From Eledone cirrhosa (taxonomy: Eukaryota), in assembly GCA_964016885.1 (NCBI GenBank), contig OZ024741.1, forward strand, positions 100,936,001 through 101,000,000: 64,000 nt of DNA, in the 5' to 3' direction. Under the pieces are notes generated by a model that made no database searches, had not been told where the DNA came from, and was given only the letters and a program-made list of their open reading frames with translations. A program made the position numbers and the translations under genes. This document shows positions 55,245 through 64,000 of this stretch, piece by piece. How positions within the stretch are numbered: position 1 is the stretch's first letter; every line of letters begins with the position of its first letter.

Positions 55245-55744
55245 CAGGGCCGGTGTCTTGGTATTTAGTGTTCTAGGCTATCCCTACATTGTGCACCACA
55301 TTCTTCCAAATAAAATAATTTCAACTCAAAGTTTGGTAAGCTGAAGAACTTAGTTTTTAACTTTTCTTGATTTGACAACACTAAAAAAATGACTAAGTTT
55401 GCATTTTTTATTACATATTCAACACTCCAGACCTGTCAACTCTCCCCGTCTGACGGGGAGATCCCCCACCCACTCTGTCTCATTTCTCCCCGTTTTGGGG
55501 CACTTATTTTTTCATGGAACTCTCCGTTTGGGTTTTTAGAGGTTGGCAAGTCTGGCACTCATCCATGTCAAATTAATTTACAGATCATAACACCATACGG
55601 CTTTTTGCAGGAAATTATTTTATATTTAATTCAATTATACAAATTTCTATAAAACTGTGATCCTTTAGGGTTTTGTAATGAATCCATCTGATGCCTACGC
55701 CCTAGGCAGCTTCCTAGTTGGGCTTAATGGTAGCGCTGGTCCTG
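55245..55744. mobile_element. hAT-like MITE with a nested 127-bp MITE at 55428-55554
   Basis: Outer termini cagggccgg and ctggtcctg; inner termini cagacctgtcaac and gttggcaagtctg flanked by acactc and gcactc. Confidence 0.55.
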
Positions 55745-55901
55745 ACTGTTTACTATCTGTTGTTTAGAGAAATTATACTGATTTATTTTCCCAAGTTCGA
55801 GCCAAACAGGGACAAATTCTTCTTTATTCCTTTCAACAAAAATAATTCTCATATTGCGAATGCGCCGTTTCGCAATATGAAAATTAGTGAGAAGAGTTAC
55901 T

Positions 55902-55903
<2 letters not shown>

Positions 55904-55956
<53 letters not shown>
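55904..55956. repeat. (CA)n microsatellite
   Basis: Read directly. Confidence 0.95.
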
Positions 55957-55959
<3 letters not shown>

Positions 55960-57200
55960 ACTGACGCGGAAACCCTAACCCGGGCAGGGCAAATTCTCTT
56001 ATTCCCACTTGCGCAGTAAATCCGGTGAATCCAACGAGATATTTGGATGTTCTTGTCTTAAACCATAAAGCCAATGATTTCCTCGGATGTTTTATAACAA
56101 TCATCTTGTTTATTATAATCATAACGCTTCGGCTGTTGTATTGAGGTAACCGAGATATTTGGTAATGTTCAAAGTATTTCAAACAAAAGCCTTCTTTCAA
56201 AACACTGGTGTAGATTTGTTCTCCATTCCGTTATTTATGTCCGGGGTATCGCCGTATTAGTTAATTACTTGCGATGTCCCTAAAAGTAAGGCTAGAGGGA
56301 CACTGAAAAGCCATAATCGGTGAAGAGACAAAGAAATCAGTCAGGCTGATCATTTGTGGAGTGAAAAGGAAAGTCGTTACTCACTGTGGAACAAAGGAGG
56401 AGGCAGAGGAGAATCCCTTCAGTCATGACTATGAGGTTGTACATGGAAAATTCCTCTCCAGGATACAAGTGTGGGCAAAGTGTTTTGTGGAAGACTAATA
56501 GTCGCACATGCATGTTTGTTTCCCTTCTCCAAGCCACAGATGCAATCTACTGTGGCCAGTTATTTTTTGCCAAACACCAGTGTCGTTGTAACTCATTTTT
56601 TCCTGCTGAGTCAACTAGAGAAACGCGAAATAAAGTATCTTGCTTAAGTATACAGCGTGCTTTCCAGTCCAGGAATCGAACTCCCGATCTTACAATCGTG
56701 AGTCCAACAGCCTAACCATTGGCTGAGGTGTCAAGATAAATAGGGAACAACATTGGAAGATAAGATGATTGAAAGAATCTGCTTAGACTTAGTTCTGATA
56801 ACCCTCTCGGTAGGTCTAACATAGATATAAACACCATATGGAAGTAATTTAATTTCGAAAGAAATAACATTAATCCCAGGGTCATAAAAAAATAGGATTA
56901 TAGCTCCTAAATTCCAGCACATAAATGCCCCGCGGGATGGTAGTATAGACAATATAATCGTTGGTTGAATGTTAAGTGAACTATTCAATCCTTTAGTTAG
57001 TATATCTATATTAATATATACTATGGTTTAAGCGGAACAACAAATCACATAGTTTGAATGGCAGAACTACAGTTTAACGTCCGCACACAATTTTGTTTCC
57101 TCATAATTTTCTTAGTAATGCATATAACGATTATATTTATAAAATTAGAAGAATCACAAACGCAGAAAATAACTGGCCACAGACCATTGCTATAAACAAG

Positions 57201-57290
57201 AGCTTAGAAAATCGGGTAAAGTACCCCTATAGACGGGAAAAGGTGATCACCTTTTCCCGTCTATAGGTTCGTTAAACGATTTTCTAAGCT
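57201..57290. repeat. Palindrome: perfect 42-bp core (57226-57267) plus 14-bp outer arms
   Basis: cctatagacgggaaaaggtga|tcaccttttcccgtctatagg, flanked by agcttagaaaatcg and cgattttctaagct. Confidence 0.9.
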
Positions 57291-58881
57291 ACATCTCTTA
57301 GGGATTTCAAAGTTTCAATACTTTATATTAAAAAAATATATATCTTTCCTTTTTTTTAAATACTTTTATTAATGCATATTTTTATTTGTTAGTACTTTCA
57401 TTTACTGAATATGTTTGATTTCTGTTTGTAGCAGGCTAAACGTAAACGCAGACATTTTATTACTACGCCTTGCAGTTTCATGTTGATAATGAATAATATC
57501 AATCAGGAAAATACTATAGATTTTCTACAGGCACGCAATAAAAAAAATGAAACTTTAAATTTTCTTTTAAATATCGACATAATAAATCAGTCTAACAAGA
57601 GCCAATAAATTTAGTTCCGTCCATAGCATGCAATATTCCTTACAAACCTCAAGTGTCTTACTAAAAGATCGTTAGTAACAGAAATAAAATGTGAGAGTGG
57701 TACTTATATATTTATTTTCAAAAGAAATGAACATATTTATAGATATGCCTGTATAAATATTGTTTTAATCTTGGACATTCCTAGTTGTCTATTTATTGTC
57801 CTTTTATTATATAAGAGGGTTATTATATCATCTGACTATTATTTCTAAAAGGTCAAGCGCACCTGTAGAAGCTCCCTTGCTTGGTCACATGTGCACTTTA
57901 TCTAATTTTCTAAAACAAAATATATAAAATTTGAGAAAAGCGGCATAATAAAAATTGAAACTAGCAATAATTGGGAGCGCAATAAAAAAAAAATGGTGTC
58001 CCTGGAGCAGCATCGAACAAATGCCCTATGATATTTAGTTACGACTCTTTACGTTCAAATCCCGCCGAGGTTAACTTTTCCTATCATTTTCTAGGGTCGA
58101 TAGAATCGACTTAATTTCCGCTCAAAATGTCTGGCTTTGTGCCAATATTAGAAGGGATTATTATGGACTACTGTATTTATTTCTCACTCTCCATCATGGA
58201 ATAGTTATGCCTGATGAAGTATGTATGAACCTGAAACTCCTGAAGAATTCCTAGGAGTGCCATATTGACATATGGCGTTTTTAGGGCATTTTAAAACCTG
58301 CCAAAGCCCATCTCAACTCCAGGTCTGAATACAGCAGATTTCTTCCAGAGAAGGATAGACAGAAGAGATATAGAGGAAGAATCGATCCCAGTACTAGACT
58401 GATACTTTTTTTATCGACCTTAAATGGATGAAAGGCAAAGTTGATTTCGGTGGGATTTGAACTCAGAGAGTAGAGAATCGGATCGAATACTGGAAAGCAT
58501 TCTATCCGACGCCCAAACGGCTCAACCAATTCGCCGCCTCTAATGAAATATACTGTTAACTTATTAAGCTAAGATTGGTGAAAATAAAAACAAAACAAAA
58601 CAAAAATACGATTTAAAGAAAAATATACGTAGCCGATCTCGCGGACCCTTGCAAAGCGCCGAGGGGTCTACGTTAGTATAATCAGTGGTGTGTTAATGTG
58701 CGGAGATACTAGAAAATAGCTCCTAAAATAGGGTGAAGACCCTTAGAGACGGAAAAAGGAGTTGCCAACTTTTTTTTTTGTTAAAAATACGATTATTTAT
58801 TTGGAAGTTTTCAGAAGAGAATGTATGATTGGAGATATGTCTATTTTACGACAAGTATTAAAAAAGAAGACCATATATAGA

Positions 58882-58932
<51 letters not shown>

Positions 58933-58970
58933 ATATTAATAAATGGAAACTATATTTATAAAACCATATT

Positions 58971-59036
58971 TATTTTATTATATATATTTCAAGGGCAACC
59001 AGGGCAAATTATGGTGCGCTTTCATCAGATAAAATA
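58971..59036 (-). ncRNA. Type I hammerhead ribozyme motif, copy 1
   Basis: Minus strand: UAUUUUAU-CUGAUGA-stem II (AAG.GCA...UGC.CUU)-GAAA-U-AUAU-AUA-AUAAAAUA; 8-bp stem I and palindromic AUAU loop 3. Confidence 0.75.
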
Positions 59037-59111
59037 CAGATTTGTTTTATAAATAAATATTGACATATATAAATATATATATATAAATATATATATACAA
59101 ATATATATATA

Positions 59112-59250
<139 letters not shown>

Positions 59251-59257
59251 TATAAAT

Positions 59258-59290
<33 letters not shown>

Positions 59291-59307
59291 AATATATATA
59301 TAAATAT

Positions 59308-59340
<33 letters not shown>

Positions 59341-59384
59341 AATATATATATATATTTATATATATATTTATATATATATATATT

Positions 59385-59415
<31 letters not shown>

Positions 59416-59418
59416 ATT

Positions 59419-59497
<79 letters not shown>

Positions 59498-59610
59498 TAT
59501 ATAAACGGAAAAAATGAAACGAAATGTACGTGTACATACTTATATATATATAAATATATATATATATACAATATATTAATAAATGGAAACTATATTTATA
59601 AAACCATATT

Positions 59611-59676
59611 TATTTTATTATACATATTTCAAGGGCAACCAAGGCAAATTATGGTGCGCTTTCATCAGATAAAATA
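59611..59676 (-). ncRNA. Type I hammerhead ribozyme motif, copy 2
   Basis: Direct repeat of copy 1, 640 bp away; loop 3 reads AUGU. Confidence 0.72.
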
Positions 59677-59809
59677 CAGATTTGTTTTATAAATAAATAT
59701 TGATATACCCGGAAAAAAGACAACCTTAACGGTTGGAGCTTCCTGGGTGTCAATATTTATTTATAAAACAAATCCGGGTATGTCAATATTTATTTATTAA
59801 ACAAATCTG

Positions 59810-59875
59810 TATTTTATCTGATGAAAGCGCACCATAATTTGCCTTGGTTGCCCTTGAAATATGTATAATAAAATA
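59810..59875 (+). ncRNA. Type I hammerhead ribozyme motif, copy 3 (inverted)
   Basis: tattttat CTGATGA aagcgcaccataatttgccttggttgccctt GAAA t atgt ATA ataaaata. Confidence 0.75.
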
Positions 59876-60004
59876 AATATGGTTTTATAAATATAGTTTC
59901 CATTTATTAATATATTGTGTATTTACTCCACTAATTGTTGAGTGCTTTATATCAGTTATAAAATTTTTAAGCTTGTTGAATCCCAACAAATTAAATATAA
60001 CTTC

Positions 60005-60110
<106 letters not shown>

Positions 60111-60121
60111 GATATATATAG

Positions 60122-60191
<70 letters not shown>

Positions 60192-60228
60192 CTCTATATA
60201 TATATGTATATATATATATCTATATATA

Positions 60229-60353
<125 letters not shown>

Positions 60354-60450
60354 AAAGAGTGTAACTTGGAGTTACTGTAGGTTCACCCGGGTGAGCACTA
60401 GATGTTTAGGTTCACTTCAGTGTCGAGGTGTAGAGCTAGACAGAGTGTAT

Positions 60451-60822
<372 letters not shown>

Positions 60823-60930
60823 AGAGCCAGGACCCCGACGGCTGAGCGCCGGCCGTTTCAACAGCTAGATCCGAACGTTCGGAACTAGATGTCGAAACGG
60901 TCGGAGCTCAGCCGTCGTGGTCCTGACTCT
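60823..60930. repeat. 108-bp imperfect palindrome centred on CCGAACGTTCGG
   Basis: agagccaggac...ccgaac|gttcgg...gtcctgactct; begins just after a (TA)n tract. Confidence 0.88.
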
Positions 60931-61195
60931 GTTCCTATTGGATTTTACCAACCTTCCAGGGGTCCGGGTAAATTTTCAATACCCGAATTACTTGATCGTT
61001 TTTTTGGGGGGTGCTATGCGAATGATTGTTTAACCATCGTCTCAGTGTGTTTGGCCTTTAACGTTTGTTATAGCTCTGGTTCATCTGAATCATTGAGCAC
61101 TTGCCGCACATCTCGGAGGTTGTTTTTCGTTATTTTGTGGGCCGAAATGCGAATCTCGATAATTTATGTTTGTTTATATATATATATGTATATAA

Positions 61196-61777
<582 letters not shown>

Positions 61778-62056
61778 GGTGCTTAATGTTACTTAATTAA
61801 GCATATCTATGTGTTTGACTCTAAACATTTTTTTTTCATATTACCAGACAGACTTTTCAGCATGAATACAAACACATAAATAATCGAATTTGAATATATT
61901 TATGCATCGGTAACTTTAAACATCAAAATAACTGTTACCATTATGTGTCGTAGCTTATACAATTGATGTTTTCGTCAGTGTTCGTTTTCTAATTTCTGAG
62001 TACAAGACAGACACATACACAGACAACTCACTCACACACACAAATATATATATATG

Positions 62057-62137
62057 TACAGGGTGTCCTAAAAATGTATACACACTTCAACAGCATTCTA
62101 ATAAATAAGTGTATACATTTATTGGTGACAGCTTGTA
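62057..62137. mobile_element. About 80-bp Tc1/mariner-type MITE
   Basis: TA-cagggtgtcctaaaaatgtatacac ... gtgtatacatttattggtgacagcttg-TA. Confidence 0.7.
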
Positions 62138-62399
62138 TACATATATAACGAGACAGATAAAATGGATGGCCACATCTGTCCGCCTATCACATGAATGCTG
62201 AGAAGGTAATTCATTTTAAAAATGTTATTGATGCTAGAAGTCAGCGTTTTCTGCCAACAGTATTAACTCTGTTTGTCTGTCTGCCTGCCTCTAACTTTGT
62301 GTGTGTGTGTGAATATATATATATAAGTATACATTCACGCAGACAGATACATATATCTAGCTAGGGCGGGTAAAATTCCCGAGATCCATAGAAGAGTTC

Positions 62400-62580
62400 T
62401 CTCCAGCGGTCTCTGTCCCTCATCATCGTCGCTATGTCCTACGTCTCCCAGAGACCAGTGTCTGCCCTTAGGGCATCAATATATGTCATCCTCGGCCTCC
62501 CACAGGACCACTGAGTGCAGTGTCAATTCTTAATGTCGGTGAGCATGTCCAGCTAACCTCAATCTCCTCTGTGTTACATA
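62400..62580 (-). mobile_element. RTE-like LINE 3' fragment
   Basis: GRPRMTYIDALRADTGL-like remnant on the minus strand. Confidence 0.6.
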
Positions 62581-62980
62581 TATATGCGGTAATGTATTGG
62601 CATGTGAATAGACTAATTTTCCGTATGTTACACACGTATATGTGCGTGCATTATACATATTGAAGTCGGTGAATTATCAGAATCGTTAAAATGTCGGAAG
62701 AAATACTTTGCGGTAGGGTATGTGTTCCTTCCCTCTGCACCCCCAGAGTTCAACTCCCGCTGAGATCAACTTTTCATCTTTTCGAGGTTCATAAAAAAAC
62801 AACAACCAATTCACCACTTGGGTCGATTCTTTCTCTGTAGCTCTTTCTAGCTTCCTCTCAGTCACTCTATCTCTTCATTTCTGGAAGAAATTGGCTGTGT
62901 TTAGACCCGGAGAGGGATGGGCTCTGTCAGGTTTAAAGTTTCACGACGCCGCCCCTATGACTCTATTAGGAGTTACGAGT

Positions 62981-63102
<122 letters not shown>

Positions 63103-63414
63103 AAATGGGGAGAAGAATACTGCAGGTTGCACATGGATATATACTGGGGCCTTGTTTGCCTTAAAAATGCGAGGGGGACAAACCAACATTGGTTGATTCT
63201 TAAAGGAGCATAAATTGCTTATAGTATCTTTCCCGGACCCTATCACATAAGTAAAATTTTACGCTAATTAAATTTCATATATTCAAATGAAGTTCAGATA
63301 TAAAAAAATAAGCTTAAAAAGAATTTATTATATCAAATAAATAAAAAATAAAACATAGACGATTGAAAAAGTGAGAGGGACTTGTTCCCTGGTACCCCCC
63401 TGAAACAAAGCCCT

Positions 63415-63481
<67 letters not shown>

Positions 63482-63673
63482 AAATTCGTTTTCAAATATA
63501 AAAACTAGAAAGGCGTAGGTGAAAAAGTTACATCAGCTCAAAATACGATAATTTATTATAATAAACTGTACACACGTCTACATATAATATTGGTAAAATG
63601 TAAACAAACATCTACGGACTTTTTGTACGTTCGAAAAAATGAACTTGTTGAGGTATTTTTTCATAAAACAATC

Positions 63674-63713
63674 GATTCCGATGAGTCCCACGAGGATGAA
63701 ACAATTGTAAATC
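63674..63713 (+). ncRNA. Minimal type I hammerhead motif with a core mutation (CCGAUGA), probably inactive
   Basis: gatt-CCGATGA-gtcc cacga ggat-GAAAC-aatt-GTA-aatc: stems I, II and III pair; palindromic loop 3. Confidence 0.6.
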
Positions 63714-64000
63714 AAATTATGATGTAAATAAGTGTTTGGTAACATATTTTAATGAATGTATGTATTCTCTTATTGGTTTCAGTCATAAGATTACGGCATG
63801 CTTGAGCACCACCTTGATTAAGTCGATCATATTCGTCCCAGTACTTATTTTTTTATCGATCTCTTTTATGTCGATGCGCTAAGTTAAGCACAAATCCAAA
63901 CGTAAAATAAACACGGACACACACATATACAAACGACTGGTTTTTGTAGTGTCCGCCTACAAAAGTTTACTCCAAGACATTGGTCAACCTGAGGCTATAG

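Larger units (their letters stand above)
59569..59917. repeat. Long inverted repeat (arms about 59569-59713 and 59773-59917) with a third direct copy at 58929-59066
   Basis: Arms are near-perfect reverse complements; flanked by (TA)n. Confidence 0.92.

Noticed and set aside
55969-55981. Telomere-like aaccctaaccc
   Set aside because: Under two full units; expected by chance.
55724-56200. 158-aa minus-strand ORF
   Set aside because: Non-ATG start, kept open by a (CA)n tract, no homology cues.
58208-58245. CTGATGA...TGAAAC hammerhead-like string
   Set aside because: Stem II is only about 2 bp, with no stem III, cleavage triplet or stem I pairing.
61780-61803. Hairpin tgcttaat...attaagca after the H3 stop as a histone stem-loop
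   Set aside because: Does not match the conserved 6-bp stem, 4-nt loop GGYYYTTTTNARRRCC consensus.

Overview
AT-rich, repeat-dense animal DNA. The SINE types, (TA)n/(CA)n tracts and gene architecture suggest a coleoid cephalopod such as Octopus; this is inferred, not proven. Three coding loci were read by hand. (1) A 15-exon RanBP3-family gene on the minus strand (about 778-37442, about 526 aa) with consistent exon phases and one GC-AG intron. (2) A 278-aa single-coding-exon ORF (48345-49181, minus) with a signal peptide, one EF-hand loop, a Cys cluster and a very basic C-terminal helix; I recognise no family. (3) A solitary intact histone H3 ORF (61367-61777) with seven substitutions at normally invariant residues. 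The rest is decayed transposons: RTE LINEs, Helitrons, Tc1/mariner, hAT, Chapaev3-like, a Penelope-like GIY-YIG remnant, a CRE-like RLE retroelement end, piggyBac-type MITEs and tRNA-derived SINEs. The most unusual signal is at 58.9-63.7 kb: several unrelated short hairpin elements sit in (TA)n tracts and carry type I hammerhead ribozyme motifs, including three copies of an apparently complete 66-nt hammerhead arranged as tandem plus inverted repeats (Penelope pLTR/retrozyme-like). All calls are by eye; no searches or folding were run.
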